A stretch of DNA of 64,000 nt from Leptonemataceae bacterium (GTDB lineage Bacteria > Spirochaetota > Leptospiria > Leptospirales > Leptonemataceae), in NCBI GenBank assembly GCA_965227295.1, contig OZ245742.1:1248001-1312000 (forward strand), written 5' to 3'. A model generated the notes under the pieces. It was not told the DNA's origin. It worked only from the letters and a program-made list of their open reading frames with translations, and searched no databases. Position numbers and translations under genes: made by a program. This document shows, piece after piece, positions 10,243 to 21,018 of the stretch (position 1 is the first letter of the stretch; the number at the start of each line of letters is the position of its first letter).

Positions 10243-10599
10243 TCAATCCCACTCCAGCACGCGTTTACGAATCTCGTACCACATGCCCACGGCGACGACG
10301 ATCAAAAACGGCAGCACGGACACCAGCGAACCGACGCCGAACTCGCGGTACCCCACGGCCCAGGGCAGCAGGAAGATCGTCTCGATGTCGAAGAGCATGA
10401 ACAGCAACGCCACGGCGTAGAACTTTACCGGGAATGGTTTGTGTGGATCGTCGAGCTGGTCCATGCCGCACTCGTACGGTGTGAACTTATTTTTCGAAAC
10501 CAGGCGCGGGCCGAGAAAGGCCGAGAGCGCCAGCCCGCCGACGCCGACCAGCGTGGCGATGAGCATATAGAGACCGAGGGGCAGGTATTCTTCGAGCAT
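10243..10599 (-). CDS. nuoA: NADH-quinone oxidoreductase subunit A
   Basis: PYECG and FDIETIFLLPWA; start placed at ATG 10599. Confidence 0.95.
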   Translation of the reverse strand: MLEEYLPLGLYMLIATLVGVGGLALSAFLGPRLVSKNKFTPYECGMDQLDDPHKPFPVKFYAVALLFMLFDIETIFLLPWAVGYREFGVGSLVSVLPFLIVVAVGMWYEIRKRVLEWD

Positions 10600-10712
10600 G
10601 GCACGGCTTTGCGCCGACGCACGGCGACACTGGCAGTCAATCACAGGATGGGCGACCTGGCCAGTCTTTTCCAGTTTGACGGGACGGTCGTTCGGCGTCG
10701 CATATACCCTGG

Positions 10713-12596
10713 ATGGCGTCTTTCTTCAATAGTACAGAGCGAATCGCCCTGCTGCTGGTCGCTGCTTTTGTGCTGCTGCTTTTGCCCGCGCTCCCCGTGC
10801 CCGTCGTCTACCAAATCGACGGATCGTTCTACGCCTACGCCGGCTGGAACATGTGGCAGACCGGCGATTGGCTCGTACCGCAGTACATCAATCCGAACCC
10901 CTATTGTTTTCCCGCGCTGGAAGAGCCGCGTTATCAAAAGCTCATCCTGCATTACTGGCTCACCGCCGGTTCCGTCGGCGCCTTCGGTTCCTCCCTGCTC
11001 GCCACGCGCCTGCCGTCGCTGCTCTTCACGGCGTTCATTGCGCTCTTGATCCCCGCGTTCGCCCGGCGGCTTTTCGCGAGCGCCCGTGCCGGCCTCATTG
11101 CCGTGGCGGTCTTTCTGTCGTGTTTCTTAACGTTCGAGTATGCCCGCGTCGCCATGACGGACATGACGAACATCTTCTTTGCCTGGGCGGGCATGCTGGC
11201 GTTCTTTCGCTGGTACTTCGGCGGCCGCGACATGCGCTTCGCGTTGCTCGCCTGGATTCTGGTGGGCCTGTCCGGCATGAACAAGGGACCGCCGGGACCC
11301 ATGTTTACGATCGGCCTCGCCGCGCCGTACTTGCTGATTGTCGAAGGCCGCGAGCGCTGGCGTACGTTGTGGCAGGGTACGGTCTACGGCCTGGGCCCGC
11401 TGGTGTTTCTCGTGCTCGTCCTCTGGTGGCCGGCCTACATGTACTTCTTCGTGATGGGCGACGAGTTTTTAGCGGGGCTTTTGGGACTCGAGTACGCCGA
11501 TCGCATGGCCGGGCCGTTCCAGAATTTCATTACGCATTTGTTCGATAAGTCGTACCCGCTCATGTCCGTCACGAATACGTTGCCCTGGTCGCTGATTGTG
11601 CTGGCGTTTGTATTTACGAAAGCCGGCCGCGATCTCTTCCGTAATCGTGCCGGCGACGCCGAAGCGACACCGGCGCAGCAAAGGTACATTATGATGTACT
11701 TAGTCGCCTGGGCCGTTGTGCCGCTGCTCACCGCCATGTTTGCCGGATTGTACAAGCCGAACTACCTCATCCCCGGCCTGCTGCCGTTTTGTTTGCTCGC
11801 GGGCACGCTCATTGATCGCGGCCTCGACGTGAAAAACGGCGGTGCCTTTTACGGCTGGCCGCGCCGCGTGGTCGGCATCTTCATCGTGGCCGCATTTGTT
11901 TTGATCCTGGTGCTCGCATTGATTCTCGCCGCGGCGATTCCGGTCTTCGGTGAGCTGCCGGTACGTTTTTCACCGGGATACCTGTTGTATCTGCTGCTGC
12001 CCCTGGCAGGCCTGGCGGGGACGATGTATCTTTTTTTCGTGCACCGGCGGTATCCCGCGGCGCTCACGGCGCTGGCGCTTTCTATGACGGCGGTCTACAT
12101 GTCCGCACTCTGGGCCGTGCCCCGGGCGGTGAACCAGCGTCCCGAGCCGGAGATGGCGGCGTTTCTAAAGAGTCTTCCGCAAGATGTTAACGCGGGTACG
12201 TTTCACTTCACACGCTATCAGACGCCCTGGTTCATGGTGGACGGCAATCGCAAACTGTCTCCGGCCCAAATCCGCGAGGACGGCGTCGCCTGTTACGCCC
12301 AGTTCGACCCGCTCATCGCCCCGCACTCGGCGGCCTTCGCCGCACTTAAGCGCGACTCCGATGAGCCCTGGGTCTTTCTGATGATGGATTACTCCACGAC
12401 CACGGGCACGCCGATCCACTTTCCGGCGCCGGAGGGCTATCACGTCGTGCGCGAGTATCTCTACTGGCGGAACGAGCCGTACTCGCTGGTCCTGCGCCGG
12501 GTGTTCGGCCTCGAAGCGGAGGACCCGCAGGACGAGGACTTCAAGCGCTACTATATCCTCGCGAACGACGCGGCGAAAGTGAAGTTGGGTGAGTGA
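10713..12596 (+). CDS. ArnT/GT39-like (GT-C) membrane glycosyltransferase
   Basis: Multi-TM; D-x-x-x-Y..WNMWQTGDWLVP, RLPS, ARVAMTDM, KGP motifs. Confidence 0.8.
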   Translation: MASFFNSTERIALLLVAAFVLLLLPALPVPVVYQIDGSFYAYAGWNMWQTGDWLVPQYINPNPYCFPALEEPRYQKLILHYWLTAGSVGAFGSSLLATRLPSLLFTAFIALLIPAFARRLFASARAGLIAVAVFLSCFLTFEYARVAMTDMTNIFFAWAGMLAFFRWYFGGRDMRFALLAWILVGLSGMNKGPPGPMFTIGLAAPYLLIVEGRERWRTLWQGTVYGLGPLVFLVLVLWWPAYMYFFVMGDEFLAGLLGLEYADRMAGPFQNFITHLFDKSYPLMSVTNTLPWSLIVLAFVFTKAGRDLFRNRAGDAEATPAQQRYIMMYLVAWAVVPLLTAMFAGLYKPNYLIPGLLPFCLLAGTLIDRGLDVKNGGAFYGWPRRVVGIFIVAAFVLILVLALILAAAIPVFGELPVRFSPGYLLYLLLPLAGLAGTMYLFFVHRRYPAALTALALSMTAVYMSALWAVPRAVNQRPEPEMAAFLKSLPQDVNAGTFHFTRYQTPWFMVDGNRKLSPAQIREDGVACYAQFDPLIAPHSAAFAALKRDSDEPWVFLMMDYSTTTGTPIHFPAPEGYHVVREYLYWRNEPYSLVLRRVFGLEAEDPQDEDFKRYYILANDAAKVKLGE

Positions 12597-12626
12597 GTCG
12601 GTCTAATACGATGAGGATTCATTCCT

Positions 12627-15056
12627 TCACCGCTCCCCCACCGCAAAGTACGCCCCGGGCTTTCCGTCCGGTTCTGTCACGGCCGCGTTTTTCGTAACCG
12701 CCAGCGGATGGTGTTTGCGTTTTTCGGCGTCTTCGTTCGGTGTGCCCGCGACCACGAAGCGTGCGCCGTTGCCGTCGGCCCTGGCCGCGACCGCGTGCAA
12801 TGCGCCGCCGCCGAAGGTCGTCCACAGCACGCGTTCTTTGAAGCCGGGCGAAACGACCAACAACGCCGCGCCGCCGGCGTAAACCTCGCCCGTCCTCTGG
12901 CCGGCCACCGTGAGCAACCGCCCGTTGGGAATGCAACACGCCGACGACCCCGCCAGGTACACAAAGCCGCGCTCATCGACAGCCAGGCCACCGTCCTTCG
13001 CGCGGAACGTGTTGCCGCGATTCTTTTTCGAAACCAGGCGGGGAATGGCGAACTGGCCGCGAATCAATTTCGCGGAGCGCGGATCGATCTGCGCGTAGTA
13101 GAGAATGTGCGCGGATGCAAGGGCCCAGGGATCGTTGTAGAGATCACTCTTGACCAGCGTGCCGGTCTTGAGGTCCTCGCCGTTCCAGCGAAAGATCGTA
13201 TTGCCGCCGGCACTTTCGCCGCTCACGTACAGAAAACCGTCGCCGCCCATCGTCACGCGATACAAACGCGTGTCGGCCATATCGTTGCCGACGGACTGCG
13301 CCCGGAAACCCCAGAGCTGCTTCTGCCAGGCCAGGTCATGGATGGCGCGGAATTCCAGGAACGCTACCTGGACCGGGTTCTTGTTGCGTTTATTGTCGAA
13401 GCCCGTTACGTACACACGGCCCGTCTCCGCCGAGATCTCCACATCCGTCACGTAACTGCGTTTCAACGTAACTTTAGCGACGGGGCGATCGACTTCGTCG
13501 TAGACCGCTACGGTCTTCCGTGAGAGCGTCGCAATGCGCCCGTCCTGTGCCACGGCGATGCGTTCCACCGGGGCGTCGGTCTGTACGGAGCGCACGGGTT
13601 TCAGCGCATGGGAAAACGCGAGCCAGCCACTCTCCGCGGCTACGACAACTGTGTCGCGGTTTGTCGCGAGATCGTTCACGCGCCCGGTGGTTTCGAAAAC
13701 GGCCTTCACCGCGGAGCCGTCCGCGTTCATTCGCAGGATGCGCCCACGCGCGCCCCGGTTTACCGCGAGCAGAACGTCGCCGTCCGGGAGAATCGCCGTG
13801 CCCACCGATTGGTCTGCGTCGGTCGCGTAACCCGCCGTCTGCGGATCGAGGCCCAGGGTAATCTCCGGGCCGTCCTGCGGGGTGTAGCGAACCAGGCCGA
13901 TGTTCTTAACAATCTTTTTTCCGCACTTAAGGCGGCCCTTCTTATCCCGGTGTGATTCCGTAAAGAATGCGGATGCATACAGGTTGCGGCCGTCCGGCGA
14001 GAACAACGCGCTGCGCTGGTAACACTCGCCCGTGGTGACCTCGGGCACGGGTCGGTACCGGTCGTCGCCGGTCCAGAGTTTCGCGTCGCGTTTTGCGTAG
14101 GTCGTGAACAACCGGCCGCCCGCGGTAAAACCGCCGCCCTTATACCACATGTACATCCGCGGCAACCAGCGCTGTTTCGCCCGCGGGTCGGGGTTCCGAT
14201 AAAAGACGCCCTGTTGTGTGCTCGCATAGACACGGTCTCCCGCGGCGCCCACGATCACCGCCGGGCCGGGTTTGTTGCCCGTGGCGTTCATGTAATCGTT
14301 CAGCAACTTGTGGTGATCCGGATCGTTCGGCGGCACACCGAAGGGCTGCGGTACCCAGCGTTGCTTTGCGAAGTCGGCGAAGTAGATCGCCGTCTTGCCG
14401 TTGACGAGGTCGGCGCGTTGAGCGCGCAATGAAACGTAAATCGCTCCGGAGTCCGAGAGCGCGAAGCCGTTGATGCCGTGGGGGGCCTTCGGCAACGCGC
14501 GGGGGATAGGTTCACTCCAGGTATTTGCCGCGATGTCGTAAACGAAGAGCCGGCCCTCGTGTTTGCCGCCGGGGCAGTAGATCTTACCGTCGTAACTTTT
14601 AGCCAGTGCAATCTTACGACAGTCGTACTTTCGCCCGCCGCTCTCAATCGCTCCCAGGTCAACCCAGGTTCCGGCGCTTTCGTCCAGGCGGTAGAGCCGG
14701 TCGTAAGCGTGATTCACCGTATAGATGTTTTCGCCCGCGGCCAGAATGGGACGAAGGGCGTAACGATTGATCGGCGGGGCGATGCGCCGCCAGGTGCCGT
14801 TCGTGTAACGATAGACGCCGTCCTCGGGGCCGACGCCGCGTTTTTCCGCGGGCGGCGTGTCGGAATCAATGGCGGCGTAGATCGCTTCGTCCGTGAAGGC
14901 CATGGATACCAGGCGGTAGTCGGCCCGGGGCAGGCCGTCGTCGAAATGTTCCCAGCCGGCCTTGAGATGGTCGGTACTCTGTGCGACCAGGCCGGCCGCG
15001 CAGGCGACGGCGATCGTCATAATAATAGAAACAGGTACAAGGCGCTTTGTAAGCAT
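12627..15056 (-). CDS. Secreted hypothetical protein, probable beta-propeller
   Basis: Long ORF with signal peptide from ATG 15056; beta-strand-rich repeats. Confidence 0.6.
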   Translation of the reverse strand: MLTKRLVPVSIIMTIAVACAAGLVAQSTDHLKAGWEHFDDGLPRADYRLVSMAFTDEAIYAAIDSDTPPAEKRGVGPEDGVYRYTNGTWRRIAPPINRYALRPILAAGENIYTVNHAYDRLYRLDESAGTWVDLGAIESGGRKYDCRKIALAKSYDGKIYCPGGKHEGRLFVYDIAANTWSEPIPRALPKAPHGINGFALSDSGAIYVSLRAQRADLVNGKTAIYFADFAKQRWVPQPFGVPPNDPDHHKLLNDYMNATGNKPGPAVIVGAAGDRVYASTQQGVFYRNPDPRAKQRWLPRMYMWYKGGGFTAGGRLFTTYAKRDAKLWTGDDRYRPVPEVTTGECYQRSALFSPDGRNLYASAFFTESHRDKKGRLKCGKKIVKNIGLVRYTPQDGPEITLGLDPQTAGYATDADQSVGTAILPDGDVLLAVNRGARGRILRMNADGSAVKAVFETTGRVNDLATNRDTVVVAAESGWLAFSHALKPVRSVQTDAPVERIAVAQDGRIATLSRKTVAVYDEVDRPVAKVTLKRSYVTDVEISAETGRVYVTGFDNKRNKNPVQVAFLEFRAIHDLAWQKQLWGFRAQSVGNDMADTRLYRVTMGGDGFLYVSGESAGGNTIFRWNGEDLKTGTLVKSDLYNDPWALASAHILYYAQIDPRSAKLIRGQFAIPRLVSKKNRGNTFRAKDGGLAVDERGFVYLAGSSACCIPNGRLLTVAGQRTGEVYAGGAALLVVSPGFKERVLWTTFGGGALHAVAARADGNGARFVVAGTPNEDAEKRKHHPLAVTKNAAVTEPDGKPGAYFAVGER

Positions 15057-15120
15057 AGAGTTCTCTCCCGGCCGCGGGATCGACGTTGACAGAGCCGTTC
15101 CCGAAACCAGAGTTAGACGC

Positions 15121-15798
15121 ATGCTTAAGCTCTACGGATTTCCCATCAGCAATTTTTATAACAAAGTAAAACTCGCGTTTTTGGAAAAAGGCGTGAACTT
15201 TGAAGAGGTCCGCGGCGCCCCCGGTCAGGATGCGGAGACCCTGGCGAAGAGTCCCATGGGCAAAATCCCGTACCTGGAACTGGAGGACGGTCGCTTTCTT
15301 TCCGAGTCATCGGTGATCCTCGAGTACGTGGAGAGTGTGCAGCCCGATCCGCCGATGATGCCCCGCGATCCCTACGCCGCGGCCGAAGTGCGTCGGCTCA
15401 TGTCGCTCGTGGACGATTACTTCGATGCGGCGGCGCGCCCGCTCTACGGTCCGGCCGCGCGCGGAACCGAGGTGCAGCCGATCTTGCTCGAACGCGGCGA
15501 AAAAACGATTCGTCGCGCGATGGGGGCGCTGGTGCGACTCGGGCGGTTTGCGCCGTTTGTAGCGGGTGCGGAGTACACGTATGCTGATGCGACAGCCTTT
15601 GCGACGCTTCCGATTGTGCGTACAACCATACAAAAGTTAAAGGGCGACGATCTTTTTGCAACCGCCGGCGCCGAATTTGTCAAAAAGTATGATGATTGGG
15701 AGGCGATGATGCTCGAGCGGCCCGCCACAAAAAAAGTGGAACGCGGTCGCAAGGCGTCCATGCGCGCGCAGGCTCTGGTGGAACGGGCAGGGGGTTAG
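15121..15798 (+). CDS. Glutathione S-transferase family protein
   Basis: MLKLYGFPISN, SPMGKIPYL, SESSVILEY. Confidence 0.92.
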   Translation: MLKLYGFPISNFYNKVKLAFLEKGVNFEEVRGAPGQDAETLAKSPMGKIPYLELEDGRFLSESSVILEYVESVQPDPPMMPRDPYAAAEVRRLMSLVDDYFDAAARPLYGPAARGTEVQPILLERGEKTIRRAMGALVRLGRFAPFVAGAEYTYADATAFATLPIVRTTIQKLKGDDLFATAGAEFVKKYDDWEAMMLERPATKKVERGRKASMRAQALVERAGG

Positions 15799-15827
15799 GT
15801 TTTGCCCAGAAGAAACTAACGCGGAAC

Positions 15828-16637
15828 CTACAGCCGCCGGTGTTCCAGCGAAGGCATGCGTTCCCGAACTTCCCGCAACCGTTCCGGATCTACGGTCGCC
15901 GTAATCACCCCGGGACTTTCGCCCGCATCGGCCAGCACTTCTCCCCACGGGTCCACGATCATGGCGTGGCCGAAGCTTTCGCGTTTGCCGTAGTGATTGC
16001 CGCACTGTGCCGGGGCGACGACGTAGCTCGTGTTCTCCACGGCCCGGGATCGAACCAGGAGATCCCAGTGAGCGCGCCCGGTGTAAGCCGTAAACGCCGC
16101 CGGAATAAAAATTAGCGTCGCGTTATTGGCGGCCAGCTTTCGGTACAATTCCGGGAAGCGCACATCGTAGCAAATCGAAAGACCCACGTCGCCGAATTCC
16201 GACGAACGCGCGACCACGGCCTCCGCTCCCGGCGCGACGTAGCCGGACTCACGATACGTGACACCGTCGGGGATGTTCACATCGAACAAATGGATCTTGC
16301 GATAACGTGCGATTTCGTTGCCGTGGGCATCGACGAACAGCGCCGTGTTGAAGATGCGCCCGTCGTCCGCGAGTTCGATGATCCCGCCGACGAGGGCGAT
16401 GTTGTGTTGCCGCGCGGCCTCGATTAAAAACTCGGGGCCGGCCTTTGCAATGTCTGCGGCGCGTTCTTTCATTTCACGTTCCGGGCCCAGGAACGCGAAG
16501 ACCTCGGGCAGGCCGGCGAGTTCGGCGCCGTCGCCGGCGGCGCGGGCGATGAGTTCGCCGGCGGATTTCAGATTGGCCGCGATGTCGGGGATGGACGTCA
16601 TCTGGACGGCGGCGATTGTGTAGGGACGGGGGATCAC
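15828..16637 (-). CDS. Carbon-nitrogen hydrolase (Nit1-like amidase)
   Basis: LPE, YRKIHLFDV, ICYDVRFPE catalytic triad. Confidence 0.93.
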   Translation of the reverse strand: MIPRPYTIAAVQMTSIPDIAANLKSAGELIARAAGDGAELAGLPEVFAFLGPEREMKERAADIAKAGPEFLIEAARQHNIALVGGIIELADDGRIFNTALFVDAHGNEIARYRKIHLFDVNIPDGVTYRESGYVAPGAEAVVARSSEFGDVGLSICYDVRFPELYRKLAANNATLIFIPAAFTAYTGRAHWDLLVRSRAVENTSYVVAPAQCGNHYGKRESFGHAMIVDPWGEVLADAGESPGVITATVDPERLREVRERMPSLEHRRL

Positions 16638-17431
16638 TAGGTTAGTTTGTAGATGTTCTTAGGGCAAAGTTCATTCGTATAATATTCGAGTATTGGCTTG
16701 GAAAACATTGGCTGCGCATGGTACACACCGTTCATGTGTTTAATGAAGCCCGCCAGTGTAAATTCATTCCATTCTTCAAAAAAGGTTCCGGCCTCTTGGA
16801 CTCGTGATAGTTCTGCGGTCGGATAGTTGACGATGATTCCCTTATTGTAGATGACGATAAAATCGAAACATGTGCCACTATCGAGCCCTTCCTCATGTGC
16901 CGCTTTTTGTATATTGTCCCAAGTTTTTCTATAGTCGGGATTGGCAATCAAGGTGAAAATAAAAGCGGGGATCATGCGAGAGTGGGCTACTTTTTCGCTT
17001 GAGTGCGACGCCAAGCTTACTATTGGTCCCCGTGCGCGCCGAAGTTTTTTCAGTGAAGCAGTTTGCTTGAGGCTGCGCTTTAATTCATCGTAGTGAGAAA
17101 GATTTGGCTTAAGCTCTATCGCCAAGTCCACTCCGTCTGCAAGGATTAGGGTAAATTTTCCGGTTTGATCGACAAGATTCGGATGGATGGGATTTAGCAG
17201 GACAGTATCTATGGAGTGTGAGGATTCTCCGAATGAATCCCTGATAATGCCCTTTGCTACGCGATATGGGTATGGAAAGTAGCGCCCTATGAATACATTG
17301 AAATGGTTTTCTCGAAAGTCAGAAATCTCTTGAGGCGTGCCTCGGCCTGCCTTTGAAGCTTTTCTAAATGCTTGCTGCAATTCTTCTGACTCAAACTTGA
17401 GTAGATCCAGGAACATTGCGTAGTATATCAT
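16637..17431 (-). CDS. AT-richer hypothetical protein, DUF6602-like / possible PD-(D/E)xK fold
   Basis: RE..F..FIGRYFP..YRVAKGII.DS....S..ID and AIELK pattern; codon usage visibly unlike neighbours. Confidence 0.6.
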   Translation of the reverse strand: MIYYAMFLDLLKFESEELQQAFRKASKAGRGTPQEISDFRENHFNVFIGRYFPYPYRVAKGIIRDSFGESSHSIDTVLLNPIHPNLVDQTGKFTLILADGVDLAIELKPNLSHYDELKRSLKQTASLKKLRRARGPIVSLASHSSEKVAHSRMIPAFIFTLIANPDYRKTWDNIQKAAHEEGLDSGTCFDFIVIYNKGIIVNYPTAELSRVQEAGTFFEEWNEFTLAGFIKHMNGVYHAQPMFSKPILEYYTNELCPKNIYKLT

Positions 17432-17745
17432 TTTGCACAGGCGGACTTGCCGAGTAAAAAAAGAAAATCAATATGCCATTCCTGTGCATGGGATTGCAAG
17501 GGCGGCGCCGTCAGGCGCAAGTCCAAAGCGCAGCGGAGGACCGAAGGCGAAACCGGAGCCTGGAAAGAAGAAAGCGTGGTCGCCGCGTCAGCGGGGATGC
17601 GCCCAAAAACATTCCCAAAAAAGCTCTGTATGGGCTCGAAGATCTGTTCAAGTATTCGGGTCGCAGGGTGCCCATTCGCACGACTACATTTTTCCGCTTT
17701 ACACCACGGCTCTGATTTTCCTGTATACCCCCAGGGGTATAAGTT

Positions 17746-20700
17746 ATGACCGATGCTTCGTTGCCGAACGACAACTGGACCGCCCGCCTCGCCGCGATCT
17801 TCGTGCGCAATCGCCGGCTGTCCCTGCTGCTGACCATCGCGCTGTTCGCCTGGGGAATCGGATCGTATCTCGTTACGCCGAAGCAGTACAATCCGCGCAT
17901 CGTGGCGCCGGCCTTTCAAATCTTCGTGGAGTTTCCCGGCGCTTCCCGGAGCGAGGTGCTTGAGCAAGTCGTGAAACCCATGGAGAACGTCGTCGCGGAC
18001 ATTCCCGGTGTCGAGGACGTCTTCACCGTTACCGAGCAGGGCGGCCGCGCCGTGGCCACGATCAACTTCTACGTCGGCGAGGACCTGGACTCGGCAAAGA
18101 TCGCCCTCGACGATCGCGTACGCAGCAATCTCGATCTGTCTCCGCTCGGCCTGAGTCCGCCGTTGATCCAATCCGTGGACCCCGACGATGTGCCGGTTAT
18201 GACCGTTGCGTTGACTTCCCACGAGGTCGATCCCGTGGCGCTCCGTAAGTTCGCCTTTCGTTTGCGTGATCGCCTCACCGGTATTCCCGGCGCGTCGAAC
18301 CTGGAAGTTGTCGGCGGGCGGCGGCGTGAACTGGCGATTCAGATCGATCCCATCAAACTCGCCAACGGCGGCGTGGGTGTGCAGGACATTGAACGCGCAT
18401 TGCAACGAGCGAACGTCTATCTGCCGCTCGGCGAAATCAAAACCGACGAACGTTACATCCCCCTGGAAGGAGATTCATCCGTCCAGCGTCCCGAGGATCT
18501 CGCGAACCTGGCCGTGGTGAGCGGTGACTTCGGGCAACTGACGTTGAGTGATGTGGCCACGATCCATGAGCGCGTCGTCGAAGCGGAGCACCACGTACGC
18601 CATGTTACGGCGCAGAGCCTTACGGACGGCGCAGAACCGCCGCATACGGTTCTGCTCAGCATTGCGAAGACCAAAGACGCCAATATCTCCGACGTTACCG
18701 GCGCCGTGCAGGAGCGACTGAACGAGCTGGATGCTAACTTTACACCACAGAATATTAATACCGCCGTGATCGTCAACGAGGGCCGCGTGGCCCGCGAGGA
18801 GATCGGCGGCCTGGTAACGAACCTGTTCACGGCCGTGGCCATTGTCGTGGTGATCCTGCTCATCTTCCTCGATCGCCGCGCCGCGATTCTCGTGGCCGTT
18901 TCGATTCCGCTCACGCTGGCCTGCGTCTTCGGCGCGGGTTATCTGCTCGGCCACAACATCAATCGCATTACGCTCTTCGCGCTCATTCTGTCCCTCGGGC
19001 TGCTCGTGGACAATGCCACCGTCGTCATCGAAAACATCGTACGGCGATTGCAGGAAGGCGTGCAGGATGCGAAGGCGATCATCATCGACGCGGTGGGTGA
19101 GGTGGGACCGGGCCTGTTCATGTCCACGGTGACGACGGTGCTCGCCTTCTTGCCGATGGCCTTCGTTACGGGGATGATGGGCCCGTACATGGGGCCGATT
19201 CCGTTCTTCGTGCCGGCGGCGCTGGTATTTTCGCTGCTGCTTTCGTTTACGATCAATCCCTACATGGCCTCGGCCTTACTGCAAAGAACCGGAGCCGGGC
19301 CCGCCCGGGAACGCAAACCTACACTGCCTGGATTCTTAGAGCGCCTGTTGCAACTCGGCCCGGCCGCCTTCGAAGCCTACCGCCGTACGTTGCACGACCT
19401 GCTGACGAATCGTCGCCGCCGCACCGTGTGGATGAGCGTCATCGGACTTGCGCTGCTCGCTTCGTTCGTACTGCCCGGCGTGGCCCTTGTGAAGTTTCGC
19501 ATGCTGCCGAAGGCCGATCGCGAACAGTTCTTCCTCTACGTGGACATGCCCGCGGGCACGTCGCTCGAACGCACGTTCACCGCGGCTCAGGCCTTCGAGG
19601 ACTTTCTCTTGAGCGAGCCCGAGGTTCGCATGATCCAGAGTTACGTCGGCCGGCCGCCCATCCTCGATTTCAACGGCCTCTTTCGCGGAGTCAGCGCGCG
19701 CTCGGAAAGCCGGCACGCCACGCTGCGGGTTGGCCTCTCGCATCCGGACGATCGTCCCATGACCTCCGAGGAACTCGTCCTGGAACTGCGGCCGCGCTTA
19801 ATTGCTGCTACGCAGAAGTTTGCGCCCGAAGCGCAGCTGACTTTCGTGGAAGACCCGCCCGGTCCGCCGGTGCTGTCCACGATGCTCGTTCGCCTGCAGG
19901 GTTATGATGATGCCCTGCTGGAACAAACGGCGCTGGATCTGTTGCCCCGGGTCCGCGAGATCGACGGCGTGACCGATCTCGACAGCTCCGTGCCCGAGGA
20001 CACCGAGACGTTGCGCATTGTCGTAAACCAGGAACGGGCGAGCCGCTCGCGCCTGAGTCCGGCGCAAATCGTGGAGACGCTCTCCGCCGCCTACGACGGC
20101 AGCATCCTCGGGATTTATCACAACCCCGCTAACATCGAACAGGAGTACATTACGCTCCGCTACGATCGTCGCTTCCGGGCGGATCCGGCCGTTCTGCAAA
20201 ACGTCTATCTCTACAACGATCTCGGCATTCGTGTGCGCCTGCTGGACCTGGCGCGCGTCGTTCCCGTGGAAACACCGAAGCCGCTGCGGCGCGAAAACCG
20301 AAGCAACACCGTCTACCTGCTCGGCGAAATGGGCGATCGCTCCATTACCTACGCGGCCATCGATCTTTTGTATCTGCTGGTGGATTATGCGCCGGAGATC
20401 AACGGCCGCAGGGGAGAGCTGGAATCCTGGTCGCTCTTCGGTGCGAAGTATCGTTTCCCGGACGGACGGATCGTGGATGTGAGCATCGGCGGCGAGTGGG
20501 AGCTCACGCTGGAGGTCTTTCGCGATCTCGGTATCGCCATGGGCGTCGCCATCTTTCTCGTATACTTCGTACTCACGGCGCAATTCAAGTCGTTCCGCGA
20601 ACCGCTGATCATCATGTCGACGATCCCGCTGTCGCTCATCGGTGTGCTGCCCGGGTTCATGGTGCTGGGCTGGATCACCGGCGAATACTTCACGGCGACG

Positions 20701-21018
20701 TCGATGATCGGCGTCATCGCTCTCGCGGGCATCGCCGTGAACAACTCGATCATTTTGCTTGAATACTTAAATTCACTTAAAGGAAAGCTAAGCCTGGAGG
20801 CGGCCCTGGTTGAGGCGGGCACCACGCGCTTTCGGCCGATTCTGCTCACCACGGTGACGACGATCCTCGGTTCCACCACGATTGCGGGAGATCCCGTATG
20901 GGCCGGCCTGGCCTACGCGATCATCTTCGGCCTGGGAGTATCGTCGCTGTTGACGTTGATCGTATTTCCCGTGCTGTTTTTGATGATTAAGGGGCGGGAC
21001 TGGCCGGCGGTGTCGTGA
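17746..21018 (+). CDS. RND efflux permease (AcrB/CzcA family)
   Basis: 1090 aa; GLLVDNATVVIENI, GIAVNNSIIL, RFRPILLT. Confidence 0.93.
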   Translation: MTDASLPNDNWTARLAAIFVRNRRLSLLLTIALFAWGIGSYLVTPKQYNPRIVAPAFQIFVEFPGASRSEVLEQVVKPMENVVADIPGVEDVFTVTEQGGRAVATINFYVGEDLDSAKIALDDRVRSNLDLSPLGLSPPLIQSVDPDDVPVMTVALTSHEVDPVALRKFAFRLRDRLTGIPGASNLEVVGGRRRELAIQIDPIKLANGGVGVQDIERALQRANVYLPLGEIKTDERYIPLEGDSSVQRPEDLANLAVVSGDFGQLTLSDVATIHERVVEAEHHVRHVTAQSLTDGAEPPHTVLLSIAKTKDANISDVTGAVQERLNELDANFTPQNINTAVIVNEGRVAREEIGGLVTNLFTAVAIVVVILLIFLDRRAAILVAVSIPLTLACVFGAGYLLGHNINRITLFALILSLGLLVDNATVVIENIVRRLQEGVQDAKAIIIDAVGEVGPGLFMSTVTTVLAFLPMAFVTGMMGPYMGPIPFFVPAALVFSLLLSFTINPYMASALLQRTGAGPARERKPTLPGFLERLLQLGPAAFEAYRRTLHDLLTNRRRRTVWMSVIGLALLASFVLPGVALVKFRMLPKADREQFFLYVDMPAGTSLERTFTAAQAFEDFLLSEPEVRMIQSYVGRPPILDFNGLFRGVSARSESRHATLRVGLSHPDDRPMTSEELVLELRPRLIAATQKFAPEAQLTFVEDPPGPPVLSTMLVRLQGYDDALLEQTALDLLPRVREIDGVTDLDSSVPEDTETLRIVVNQERASRSRLSPAQIVETLSAAYDGSILGIYHNPANIEQEYITLRYDRRFRADPAVLQNVYLYNDLGIRVRLLDLARVVPVETPKPLRRENRSNTVYLLGEMGDRSITYAAIDLLYLLVDYAPEINGRRGELESWSLFGAKYRFPDGRIVDVSIGGEWELTLEVFRDLGIAMGVAIFLVYFVLTAQFKSFREPLIIMSTIPLSLIGVLPGFMVLGWITGEYFTATSMIGVIALAGIAVNNSIILLEYLNSLKGKLSLEAALVEAGTTRFRPILLTTVTTILGSTTIAGDPVWAGLAYAIIFGLGVSSLLTLIVFPVLFLMIKGRDWPAVS

